From Eledone cirrhosa (taxonomy: Eukaryota), in the NCBI GenBank assembly GCA_964016885.1, contig OZ024743.1:374232001-374296000 (forward strand): a stretch of 64,000 bases of DNA, read 5' to 3'. The notes below the pieces were generated by a model. That model was not told the origin of the DNA. It saw nothing but the letters and a program-made list of their open reading frames with translations, and searched no databases. Every line of letters starts with the position of its first letter. Within the stretch, counting starts at the first letter, position 1. The translations under genes and the position numbers were made by a program. Positions 12,501 to 26,592 of this stretch are shown piece after piece.

Positions 12501-14859
12501 ACACTTGTTGCACTTTAAGGTGCAGAGAACAAAGTACTGACTTACTCTACATGTTTATAGCCAACACTTGTTGCACTTTATGGTGCAGAGAATACGGTAC
12601 TACTGACTTACTCTACATGTTTATAGCCAACACTTGTTGCACTTTATGGTGCAGAGAACACGGTACTACTGACTTACTCTACATGTTTATAGCCAACACT
12701 TGTTGCACTTTATGGTGCAGAGAACACGGTACTACTGACTTACTCTATATGTTTATAGCCAACACTTGTTGCACTTTAGGATGCAGAGAACACGGTACTA
12801 CTGACTTACTCTACATGTTTATAGCCAACACTTGTTGCACTTTTGGATGCAGAGAACACGGTACTACTGACTTACTCTACATGTTTATAACCAACACTTG
12901 TTGCAAATTATGGTGCAGAGAACACGGTACTACTGACTTACTCTACATGTTTATAGCCAACACTTGTTGCACTTTAGGATGCAGAGAACACGGTACTACT
13001 GACTTACTCTACATGTTTATAGCCAACACTTGTTGCACTTTATGGTGCAGAGAACACGGTACTACTGACTTACTCTACATGTTTATAGCCAACACTTGTT
13101 GCACTTTAGGATGCAGAGAACACGGTACTACTGACTTACTCTACATGTTTATAGCCAACACTTGTTGCACTTTATGGTGCAGAGAACACGGTACTACTGA
13201 CTTACTCTACATGTTTATAGCCAACACTTGTTGCACTTTAGGATGCAGAGAACACGGTACTACTGACTTACTCTACATGTTTATAGCCAACACTTGTTGC
13301 ACTTTAGGATGCAGAGAACACGGTACTACTGACTTATTCTACATGTTTATAGCCAACACTTGTTGCACTTTATGGTGCAGAGAACACGGTACTACTGACT
13401 TACTCTACATGTTTATAGCCAACACTTCTTGCACTTTAGGATGCAGAGAACACGATACTACTGACTTACTCTACATGTTTATAGCCAACACTTGTTGCAC
13501 TTTAGGATGCAGAGAACACGGTACTACTGACTTACTCTACATGTTTATAGCCAACACTTGTTGCACTTTATGGTGCAGAGAACACGGTACTACTGACTTA
13601 CTCTACATGTTTATAGCCAACACTTGTTGCACTTTATGGTGCAGAGAACACGGTACTACTGACTTACTCTACATGTTTATAGCCAACACTTGTTGCACTT
13701 TATGGTGCAGAGAACACGGTACTACTGACTTACTCTACATGTTTATAGCCAACACTTGTTGCACTTTAGGATGCAGAGAACACGGTACTACTGACTTACT
13801 CTACATGTTTATAGCCAACACTTGTTGCACTTTATGGTGCAGAGAACAAAGTACTACTGACTTACTCTACATGTTTATAGCCAACACTTGTTGCACTTTA
13901 TTGTGCAGAGAACACAGTACTACTGACTTACTCTACATGTTTAAGCCAACACTTGTTGCACTTTAGGATGCAGAGAACACGGCACTACTGACTTACTCTA
14001 CATGTTTATAGCCAACACTTGTTGCACTTTATGGTGCAGAGAACAAAGTACTACTGACTTACTCTACATGTTTATAGCCAACACTTGTTGCACTTTATGG
14101 TGCAGAGAACAAAGTACTACTGACCTACTCTTCATGTTTATAGCCAACACTTGTTGCACTTTATGGTGCAGAGAACACGGTACTACTGACTTACTCTACA
14201 TGTTTATAGCCAACACTTGTTGCACTTTAGGATGCAGAGAACACGGTACTACTGACTTACTCTACATGTTTATAGCCAACACTTGTTGCACTTTATGGTG
14301 CAGAGAACACGGTACTGCTGACTTACTCTACATGTTTATAGCCAACACTTGTTGCACTTTAGGATGCAGAGAACACGGTAGTACTGACTTACTCTACATG
14401 TTTATAGCCAACACTTGTTGCACTTTAGGATGCAGAGAACACGGTACTACTGACTTACTCTACATGTTTATAGCCAACACTTGTTGCACTTTATGGTGCA
14501 GAGAACACGGTACTGCTGACTTACTCTACATGTTTATAGCCAACACTTGTTGCACATTAGGATGCAGAGAACACGGTACTGCTGACTTACTCTACATGTT
14601 TATAGCCAACACTTGTTGCACTTTAGGATGCAGAGAACACGGTACTACTGACTTACTCTACATGTTTATAGCCAACACTTGTTGCACTTTATGGTGCAGA
14701 GAATACGGTACTAATGACTTAATCTACATGTTTATAGCCAACACTTGTTGCACTTTATGGTGCAGAGAACAAAGTACTACTGACTTACTCTACATGTTTA
14801 TAGCCAACACTTTTTGCAATTTATGTTGCAGAGAACAAAGTACTACTGACTTACTCTAC
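9594..14859. repeat. Higher-order repeat, 40 monomers / 2633 bp, 2 copies (related, rearranged third copy to ~17700)
   Basis: Markers TTAAGG, TTTGGA, ACCAAC..AAATTA and the 1-bp deletion TTTAAGCC recur at 2633 bp (11369/14002). 2633 = 40x66 - 7. The TTTAAGCC marker recurs again 2902 bp later (44x66 - 2). Confidence 0.92.
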
Positions 14860-17800
14860 ATGTTTATAGCAAACACTTTTTGCAATTTATGGTGCAGAGA
14901 ACAAAGTACTACTGACTTCCCAACATGTTTATAGCCAACAGTTGTTGCACTTTATGGTGCAGAGAACATAGTACTACTGACTTACTCTACATGTTTATAG
15001 CCAACACTTGTTGCACTTTATGGTGCAGAGAACAAAGTACTACTGACTTACTCTTCATGTTTATAGCCAACACTTGTTGCACTTTATGGTGCAGAGAACA
15101 CGGTACTACTGCCTTACTCTACATGTTTATAGCCAACACTTGTTGCACTTTATTGTGCAGAGAACAAAGTACTACTGACTTACTGTACATGTTTATAGCC
15201 AACACTTGTTGCACTTTATGGTGCAGAGAACAAAGTACTACTGACTTACTCTACATGTTTATAGCCAACACTTGTTGCACTTTATGGTGCAGAGAACACG
15301 GTACTACTGACTTACTCTACATGTTTATAGCCAACACTTGTTGCACTTTAGGATGCAGAGAACACGGTACTACTGACTTACTCTACATGTTTATAGCCAA
15401 CACTTGTTGCACTTTAGGATGCAGAGAACACGGTACTACTGACTTACTCTACATGTTTATAGCCAACACTTGTTGCACTTTAGGATGCAGAGAACACGGT
15501 ACTACTGACTTACTCTACATGTTTATAGCCAACACTTGTTGCACTTTTGGATGCAGAGAACACGGTACTACTGACTTACTCTACATGTTTATAACCAACA
15601 CTTGTTGCACCTTATGGTGCAGAGAACACGGTACTACTGACTTACTCTACATGTTTATAGCCAACACTTGTTGCACTTTAGCATGCAGAGAACACGGTAC
15701 TACTGACTTACTCTACATGTTTATAGCCAACACTTGTTGCACTTTATGGTGCAGAGAACACGGTACTACTGACTTACTCTACATGTTTATAGCCAACACT
15801 TGTTGCACTTTAGGATGCAGAGAACACGGTACTACTGACTTACTCTACATGTTTATAGCCAACACTTGTTGCACTTTATGGTGCAGAGAACACGGTACTA
15901 CTGACTTACTCTACATGTTTATAGCCAACACTTGTTGCACTTTAGGATGCAGAGAACACGGTACTACTGACTTACTCTACATGTTTATAACCAACACTTG
16001 TTGCACCTTATGGTGCAGAGAACACGGTACTACTGACTTACTCTACATGTTTATAGCCAACACTTGTTGCACTTTATGGTGCAGAGAACACGGTACTACT
16101 GACTTACTCTACATGTTTATAGCCAACACTTGTTGCACTTTAGGATGCAGAGAACACGGTACTACTGACTTACTCTACATGTTTATAGCCAACACTTGTT
16201 GCACTTTAGGATGCAGAGAACATGGTACTACTGACTTATTCTACATGTTTATAGCCAACACTTGTTGCACTTTATGGTGCAGAGAACACGGTACTGCTGA
16301 CTTACTCTACATGTTTATAGCCAACACTTCTTGCACTTTAGGATGCAGAGAACACGGTACTACTGACTTACTCTACATGTTTATAGCCAACACTTGTTGC
16401 ACTTTAGGATGCAGAGAACACGGTACTACTGACTTACTCTACATGTTTATAGCCAACACTTGTTGCACTTTATGGTGCAGAGAACACGGTACTACTGACT
16501 TACTCTACATGTTTATAGCCAACACTTGTTGCACTTTATGGTGCAGAGAACACGGTACTACTGACTTACTCTACATGTTTATAGCCAACACTTGTTGCAC
16601 TTTATGGTGCAGAGAACACGGTACTACTGACTTACTCTACATGTTTATAGCCAACACTTGTTGCACTTTAGGATGCAGAGAACACGGTACTACTGACTTA
16701 CTCTACATGTTTATAGCCAACACTTGTTGCACTTTATGGTGCAGAGAACAAAGTACTACTGACTTACTCTACATGTTTATAGCCAACACTTGTTGCACTT
16801 TATTGTGCAGAGAACACAGTACTACTGACTTACTCTACATGTTTAAGCCAACACTTGTTGCACTTTAGGATGCAGAGAACACGGCACTACTGACTTACTC
16901 TACATGTTTATAGCCAACACTTGTTGCACTTTATGGTGCAGAGAACAAAGTACTACTGACTTACTCTACATGTTTATAGCCAACACTTGTTGCACTTTAT
17001 GGTGCAGAGAACAAAGTACTACTGACTTACTCTTCATGTTTATAGCCAACACTTGTTGCACTTTATGGTGCAGAGAACACGGTACTACTGACTTACTCTA
17101 CATGTTTATAGCCAACACTTGTTGCACTTTAGGATGCAGAGAACACGGTACTACTGACTTACTCTACATGTTTATAGCCAACACTTGTTGCACTTTATGG
17201 TGCAGAGAACACGGTACTGCTGACTTACTCTACATGTTTATAGCCAACACTTGTTGCACTTTAGGATGCAGAGAACACGGTACTACTGACTTACTCTACA
17301 TGTTTATAGCCAACACTTGTTGCACTTTAGGATGCAGAGAACACGGTACTACTGACTTACTCTACATGTTTATAGCCAACACTTGTTGCACTTTATGGTG
17401 CAGAGAACACGGTACTGCTGACTTACTCTACATGTTTATAGCCAACACTTGTTGCACTTTAGGATGCAGAGAACACGGTACTGCTGACTTACTCTACATG
17501 TTTATAGCCAACACTTGTTGCACTTTAGGATGCAGAGAACACGGTACTACTGACTTACTCTACATGTTTATAGCCAACACTTGTTGCACTTTATGGTGCA
17601 GAGAACAAAGTACTACTGACTTACTCTACATGTTTATAGCCAACACTTTTTGCAATTTATGTTGCAGAGAACAAAGTACTACTGACTTACTCTACATGTT
17701 TATAGCCAACACTTGTTGCACTTTATGGTGCAGAGAACACGGTACTGCTGACTTACTCTACATGTTTATAGCCAACACTTGTTGCACTTTAGGATGCAGA

Positions 17801-20067
17801 GAACACGGTACTGCTGACTTACTCTACATGTTTATAGCCAACACTTGTTGCACTTTATGTTGCAGAGAACACGGTACTACTGACTTACTCTACATCTTTA
17901 TAGCCAACACTTGTTGCACTTTATGTTGCAGAGAACACGGTACTACTGACTTACTCTACATGTTTATAGCCAACACTTGTTGCACTTTATGGTGCAGAGA
18001 ACACGGTACTACTGACTTACTCTACATGTTTATAGCCAACACTTGTTGCACTTTATGGTGCAGAGAACACGGTACTGCTGACTTACTCTACATGTTTATA
18101 GCCAACACTTGTTGCACTTTAGGATGCAGAGAACACGGTACTGCTGACTTACTCTACATGTTTATAGCCAACACTTGTTGCACTTTAGGATGCAGAGAAC
18201 ACGGTACTACTGACTTACTCTACATGTTTATAGCCAACACTTGTTGCACTTTATGGTGCAGAGAATACGGTACTACTGACTTACTCTACATGTTTATAGC
18301 CAACACTTGTTGCACTTTATAGTGCAGGGAACACGGTACTGCTGACTTACTCTACATGTTTATAGCCAACATTTGTTGCACTTTAGGATGCAGAGAACAC
18401 GTTACTGCTGACTTACTCTACATGTTTATAGCCAACACTTGTTGCACTTTATGGTGCAGAGAACACGGTACTACTGACTTACTCTACATGTTTACAGCCA
18501 ACACTTGTTGCACTTTAGGATGCAGAGAACACGGTACTACTGACTTACTCTACATGTTTATAGCCAACACTTGTTGCACTTTATGGTGCAGAGAACACGG
18601 TACTACTGACTTACTCTACATGTTTATAGCCAACATTTGTTGCACTTTATGCTGCAGAGAACACGGTACTACTGCCTTACTCTACATGTTTATAGCCAAC
18701 ACTTGTTGCACTTTATTGTGCAGAGAACAAAGTACTACTGACTTACTCTACATGTTTATAGCCAACACTTGTTGCACTTTATGCTGCAGAGAACAAAGTA
18801 CTACTGACTTACTCTACATGTTTATAGCCAACACTTGTTGCACTTTATGGTGCAGAGAACACGGTACTACTGACTTACTCTACATGTTTATAGCCAACAC
18901 TTGTTGCACTTTAGGATGCAGAGAACACGGTCCTACTGACTTACTCTACATGTTTATAGCCAACACTTGTTGCACTTTAGGATGCAGAGAACACGGTACT
19001 ACTGACTTACTCTACATGTTTATAGCCAACACTTGTAGCACTTTATGGTGCAGAGAACAAAGTACTGACTTACTCTACATGTTTATAGACAACACTTGTT
19101 GCACTTTATGGTGCAGAGAACACGGTACTACTGACTTACTCTACATGTTTATAGCCAACACTTGTTGCACTTTAGGATGCAGAGAACACGGTACTACTGA
19201 CTTACTCTACATGTTTATAGCCAACACTTGTTGCACTTTATGGTGCAGAGAATACGGTACTACTGACTTACTCTACATGTTTATAGCCAACATTTGTTGC
19301 ACTTTATGGTGCAGAGAACACGGTACTACTGACTTACTCTACATGTTTGTAGCCAACACTTGTTGCACTTTAGGATGCAGAGAACACGATACTACTGACT
19401 TACTCTACATGTTTATAGCCAACACTTGTTGCACTTTATGGTGCAGAGAACACGGTACTACTGACTTACTCTACATGTTTATAGCCAACACTTGTTGCAC
19501 TTTAGGATGCAGAGAACACGGTACTACTGACTTACTCTACATGTTTATAGCCAACACTTGTTGCACTTTATGGTGCAGAGAACACGGTACTACTGACTTA
19601 CTCTACATGTTTATAGCCAACACTTGTTGCACTTTATGGTGCAGAGAACAAAGTACTACTGACTTCCCTACATGTTTATAGCCAACAGTTGTTGCACTTT
19701 ATGGTGCAGAGAACATAGTACTACTGACTTACTCTACATGTTTATAGCCAACACTTGTTGCACTTTATGGTGCAGAGAACACGGTACTACTGCCTTACTC
19801 TACATGTTTATAGCCAATACTTGTTGCACTTTATTGTGCAGAGAACAAAGTACTACTGACTTACTGTACATGTTTATAGCCAACACTTGTTGCACTTTAT
19901 GGTGCAGAGAACAAAGTACTACTGACTTACTCTACATGTTTATAGCCAACACTTGTTGCACTTTAGGATGCAGAGAACACGGTACTGCTGACTTACTCTA
20001 CATGTTTATAGCCAACACTTGTTGCACTTTAGGATGCAGAGAACACGATACTACTGACTTACTCTAC

Positions 20068-23000
20068 ATGTTTATAGCCAACACTTGTTGCACTTTATGG
20101 TGCAGAGAATAAGGTACTACTGACTTACTCTACATGTTTATAGCCAACACTTTTTGCAATTTATGGTGCAGAGAACAAAGTACTACTGACTTCCCTACAT
20201 GTTTATAGCCAACAGTTGTTGCACTTTATGGTGCAGAGAACATAGTACTACTGACTTACTCTACATGTTTATAGCCAACACTTGTTGCACTTTATGGTGC
20301 AGAGAACAAAGTACTACTGACTTACTCTTCATGTTTATAGCCAACACTTGTTGCACTTTATGGTGCAGAGAACACGGTACTACTGCCTTACTCTACATCT
20401 TTATAGCCAACACTTGTTGCACTTTATTGTGCAGAGAACAAAGTACTACTGACTTACTCTACATGTTTATAGCCAACATTTGTTGCACTTTATGGTGCAG
20501 AGAACAAAGTACTACTGACTTACTCTACATGTTTATAGCCAACACTTGTTGCACTTTATGGTGCAGAGAACACGGTACTACTGACTTACTCTACATGTTT
20601 ATAGCCAACACTTGTTGCACTTTAGGATGCAGAGAACACGGTACTACTGACTTACTCTACATGTTTATAGCCAACACTTGTTGCACTTTAGGATGCAGAG
20701 AACACGGTACTGCTGACTTACTCTACATGTTTATAGCCAACACTTGTTGCACTTTAGGATGCAGAGAACACGGTACTACTGACTTACTCTACATGTTTAT
20801 AGCCAACACTTGTTGCACTTTATGGTGCAGAGAATACGGTACTACTGACTTACTCTACATGTTTATAGCCAACACTTGTTGCACTTTATGGTGCAGAGAA
20901 CACGGTACTGCTGACTTACTCTACATGTTTATAGCCAACATTTGTTGCACTTTAGGATGCAGAGAACACGGTACTGCTGACTTACTCTACATGTTTATAG
21001 CCAACACTTGTTGCACTTTATGGTGCAGAGAACACGGTACTAATGACTTACTCTACATGTTTATAGCCAACACTTGTTGCACTTTATGGTGCAGAGAACA
21101 CGGTACTACTGACTTACTCTACATGTTTACAGCCAACACTTGTTGCACTTTAGGATGCAGAGAACACGGTACTACTGACTTACTCTACATGTTTATAGCC
21201 AACACTTGTTGCACTTTATGGTGCAGAGAACACGGTACTACTGACTTACTCTACATGTTTATAGCCAACACTTGTTGCACTTTATGGTGCAGAGAAAACG
21301 GTACTACTGACTTACTCTACATGTTTATAGCCAACACTTGTTGCACTTTATGGTGCAGAGAACACGGTACTACTGACTTACTCTACATGTTTATAGCCAA
21401 CACTTGTTGCACTTTAGGATGCAGAGAACACGGTACTACTGACTTACTCTACATGTTTATAGCCAACACTTGTTGCACCTTATGGTGCAGAGAACACGGT
21501 ACTACTGACTTACTCTACATGTTTATAGCCAACACTTGTTGCACTTTAGGATGCAGAGAACACGGTACTACTGACTTACTCTACATGTTTATAGCCAAAA
21601 CTTGTTCCACCTATGTTGCACATAACACAGTACTACTGACTTACACTACATGTTTATAGCCAACACTTGTTGCACTTTATGGTGCAGAGAACACGGTACT
21701 ACTGACTTACTCTACATGTTTATAGCCAACACTTGTTGCACTTTAGGATGCAGAGAACACTGTACTACTTAATTACTCTACATGTTTATAGACAACACTT
21801 GTTGCACTTTAGGATGCAGAGAACACGGTACTACTGACTTACTCTACATGTTTATAGCCAACACTTGTTGCACTTTATGGTGCAGAGAACAAAGTACTAC
21901 TGACTTACTCTACATGTTTATAGCCAACACTTGTTGCACTTTATGGTGCAGAGAATACGGTACTACTGACTTACTATACATGTTTATAGCCAACACCTGT
22001 TGCACTTTATGGTGCAGAGAACACGGTACTGCTGACTTACTCTACATGTTTATAGCCAACACTTGTTGCACTTTATGTTGCAGAGAACACGGTACTACTG
22101 ACTTACTCTACATGTTTATAGCCAACACTTGTTGCACTTTATGTTGCAGAGAACACGGTACTACTGACTTACTCTACATGTTTATAGCCAACACTTGTTG
22201 CACTTTATGGTGCAGAGAACACGGTACTACTGACTTACTCTACATGTTTATAGCCAACACTTGTTGCACTTTAGGATGCAGAGAACACGGTACTACTGAC
22301 TTACTCTACATGTTTATAGCCAACACTTGTTGCACTTTATGGTGCAGAGAATACGGTACTACTGACTTACTCTACATGTTTATAGCCAACACTTTTTGCA
22401 ATTTATGGTGCAGAGAACAAAGTACTACTGACTTCCCTACATGTTTATAGCCAACAGTTGTTGCACTTTATGGTGCAGAGAACATAGTACTACTGACTTA
22501 CTCTACATGTTTATAGCCAACACTTGTTGCACTTTATGGTGCAGAGAACAAAGTACTACTGACTTACTCTTCATGTTTATAGCCAACACTTGTTGCACTT
22601 TATGGTGCAGAGAACACGGTACTACTGCCTTACTCTACATGTTTATAGCCAACACTTGTTGCACTTTATTGTGCAGAGAACAAAGTACTACTGACTTACT
22701 CTACATGTTTATAGCCAACATTTGTTGCACTTTATGGTGCAGAGAACAAAGTACTACTGACTTACTCTACATGTTTATAGCCAACACTTGTTGCACTTTA
22801 TGGTGCAGAGAACACGGTACTACTGACTTACTCTACATGTTTATAGCCAACACTTGTTGCACTTTAGGATGCAGAGAACACGGTACTACTGACTTACTCT
22901 ACATGTTTATAGCCAACACTTGTTGCACTTTAGGATGCAGAGAACACGGTACTGCTGACTTACTCTACATGTTTATAGCCAACACTTGTTGCACTTTAGG

Positions 23001-24946
23001 ATGCAGAGAACACGGTACTACTGACTTACTCTACATGTTTATAGCCAACACTTGTTGCACTTTATGGTGCAGAGAATACGGTACTACTGACTTACTCTAC
23101 ATGTTTATAGCCAACACTTGTTGCACTTTATGGTGCAGAGAACACGGTACTGCTGACTTACTCTACATGTTTATAGCCAACATTTGTTGCACTTTAGGAT
23201 GCAGAGAACACGGTACTGCTGACTTACTCTACATGTTTATAGCCAACACTTGTTGCACTTTATGGTGCAGAGAACACGGTACTAATGACTTACTCTACAT
23301 GTTTATAGCCAACACTTGTTGCACTTTATGGTGCAGAGAACACGGTACTACTGACTTACTCTACATGTTTACAGCCAACACTTGTTGCACTTTAGGATGC
23401 AGAGAACACGGTACTACTGACTTACTCTACATGTTTATAGCCAACACTTGTTGCACTTTATGGTGCAGAGAACACGGTACTACTGACTTACTCTACATGT
23501 TTATAGCCAACACTTGTTGCACTTTATGGTGCAGAGAACACGGTACTACTGACTTACTCTACATGTTTATAGCCAACACTTGTTGCACTTTATGGTGCAG
23601 AGAACACGGTACTACTGACTTACTCTACATGTTTATAGCCAACACTTGTTGCACTTTAGGATGCAGAGAACACGGTACTACTGACTTACTCTACATGTTT
23701 ATAGCCAACACTTGTTGCACCTTATGGTGCAGAGAACACGGTACTACTGACTTACTCTACATGTTTATAGCCAACACTTGTTGCACTTTAGGATGCAGAG
23801 AACACGGTACTACTGACTTACTCTACATGTTTATAGCCAAAACTTGTTCCACCTATGTTGCACATAACACAGTACTACTGACTTACACTACATGTTTATA
23901 GCCAACACTTGTTGCACTTTATGGTGCAGAGAACACGGTACTACTGACTTACTCTACATGTTTATAGCCAACACTTGTTGCACTTTAGGATGCAGAGAAC
24001 ACTGTACTACTTAATTACTCTACATGTTTATAGACAACACTTGTTGCACTTTAGGATGCAGAGAACACGGTACTACTGACTTACTCTACATGTTTATAGC
24101 CAACACTTGTTGCACTTTATGGTGCAGAGAACAAAGTACTACTGACTTACTCTACATGTTTATAGCCAACACTTGTTGCACTTTATGGTGCAGAGAATAC
24201 GGTACTACTGACTTACTATACATGTTTATAGCCAACACCTGTTGCACTTTATGGTGCAGAGAACACGGTACTGCTGACTTACTCTACATGTTTATAGCCA
24301 ACACTTGTTGCACTTTATGTTGCAGAGAACACGGTACTACTGACTTACTCTACATGTTTATAGCCAACACTTGTTGCACTTTATGTTGCAGAGAACACGG
24401 TACTACTGACTTACTCTACATGTTTATAGCCAACACTTGTTGCACTTTATGGTGCAGAGAACACGGTACTACTGACTTACTCTACATGTTTATAGCCAAC
24501 ACTTGTTGCACTTTAGGATGCAGAGAACACGGTACTACTGACTTACTCTACATGTTTATAGCCAACACTTGTTGCACTTTATGGTGCAGAGAATACGGTA
24601 CTACTGACTTACTCTACATGTTTATAGCCAACACTTTTTGCAATTTATGGTGCAGAGAACAAAGTACTACTGACTTCCCTACATGTTTATAGCCAACAGT
24701 TGTTGCACTTTATGGTGCAGAGAACATAGTACTACAGACTTACTCTACATGTTTATAGCCAACACTTGTTGCACTTTATGGTGCAGAGAACAAAGTACTA
24801 CTGACTTACTCTTCATGTTTATAGCCAACACTTGTTGCACTTTATGGTGCAGAGAACACGGTACTACTTCCTTACTCTACATGTTTATAGCCAACACTTG
24901 TTGAACTTTATTGTGCAGAGAACAAAGTACTACTGACTTACTCTAC
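20068..24946. repeat. Higher-order repeat, 34 monomers / 2242 bp, ~2.2 copies
   Basis: Markers recur at 2242 bp (20199/22441/24683; 21782/24024), including the rare CTTAATTA and ATAGAC variants. 2242 = 34x66 - 2. Confidence 0.92.
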
Positions 24947-26592
24947 ATGTTTATAGCCAACACTTGTTGCACTTTATGGTGCAGAGAACAAAGTACTACT
25001 GACTTACTCTACATGTTTATAGCCTACACTTGTTGCACTTTATGGTGCAGAGAACACGGTACTACTGACTTACTCTACATGTTTATAGCCAACACTTGTT
25101 GCACTTTAGGATGCAGAGAACACGGTACTACTGACTTACTCTACATGTTTATAGCCAACACTTGTTGCACTTTATGGTGCAGAGAACACGGTACTGCTGA
25201 CTTACTCTACATGTTTATAGCCAACACTTGTTGCACTTTAGGATGCAGAGAACACGGTACTGCTGACTTACTCTACATGTTTATAGCCAACACTTGTTGC
25301 ACTTTAGGATGCAGAGAACACGGTACTACTGACTTACTCTACATGTTTATAGCCAACACTTGTTGCACTTTATGGTGCAGAGAATACGGTACTACTGACT
25401 TACTCTACATGTTTATAGCCAACACTTGTTGCACTTTATGGTGCAGAGAACACGGTACTACTGCCTTACTCTACATGTTTATAGCCAACACTTGTTGCAC
25501 TTTATTGTGCAGAGAACAAAGTACTACTGACTTACTCTACATGTTTATAGCCAACACTTGTTGCACTTTATGGTGCAGAGAACAAAGTACTACTGACTTA
25601 CTCTACATGTTTATAGCCAACACTTGTTGCACTTTATGGTGCAGAGAACACGGTACTACTGACTTACTCTACATGTTTATAGCCAACACTTGTTGCACTT
25701 TAGGATGCAGAGAACACGGTCCTACTGACTTACTCTACATGTTTATAGCCAACACTTGTTGCACTTTAGGATGCAGAGAACACGGTACTACTGACTTACT
25801 CTACATGTTTATAGCCAACACTTGTAGCACTTTATGGTGCAGAGAACAAAGTACTGACTTACTCTACATGTTTATAGACAACACTTGTTGCACTTTATGG
25901 TGCAGAGAACACGGTACTACTGACTTACTCTACATGTTTATAGCCAACACTTGTTGCACTTTATGGTGCAGAGAATACGGTACTACTGACTTACTATACA
26001 TGTTTATAGCCAACACCTGTTGCACTTTATGGTGCAGAGAACACGGTACTGCTGACTTACTCTACATGTTTATAGCCAACACTTGTTGCACTTTATGTTG
26101 CAGAGAACACGGTACTACTGACTTACTCTACATGTTTATAGCCAACACTTGTTGCACTTTATGTTGCAGAGAACACGGTACTACTGACTTACTCTACATG
26201 TTTATAGCCAACACTTGTTGCACTTTATGGTGCAGAGAACACGGTACTACTGACTTACTCTACATGTTTATAGCCAACACTTGTTGCACTTTAGGATGCA
26301 GAGAACACGGTACTACTGACTTACTCTACATGTTTATAGCCAACACTTGTTGCACTTTATGGTGCAGAGAATACGGTACTACTGACTTACTCTACATGTT
26401 TATAGCCAACACTTTTTGCAATTTATGGTGCAGAGAACAAAGTACTACTGACTTCCCTACATGTTTATAGCCAACAGTTGTTGCACTTTATGGTGCAGAG
26501 AACATAGTACTACAGACTTACTCTACATGTTTATAGCCAACACTTGTTGCACTTTATGGTGCAGAGAACAAAGTACTACTGACTTACTCTAC

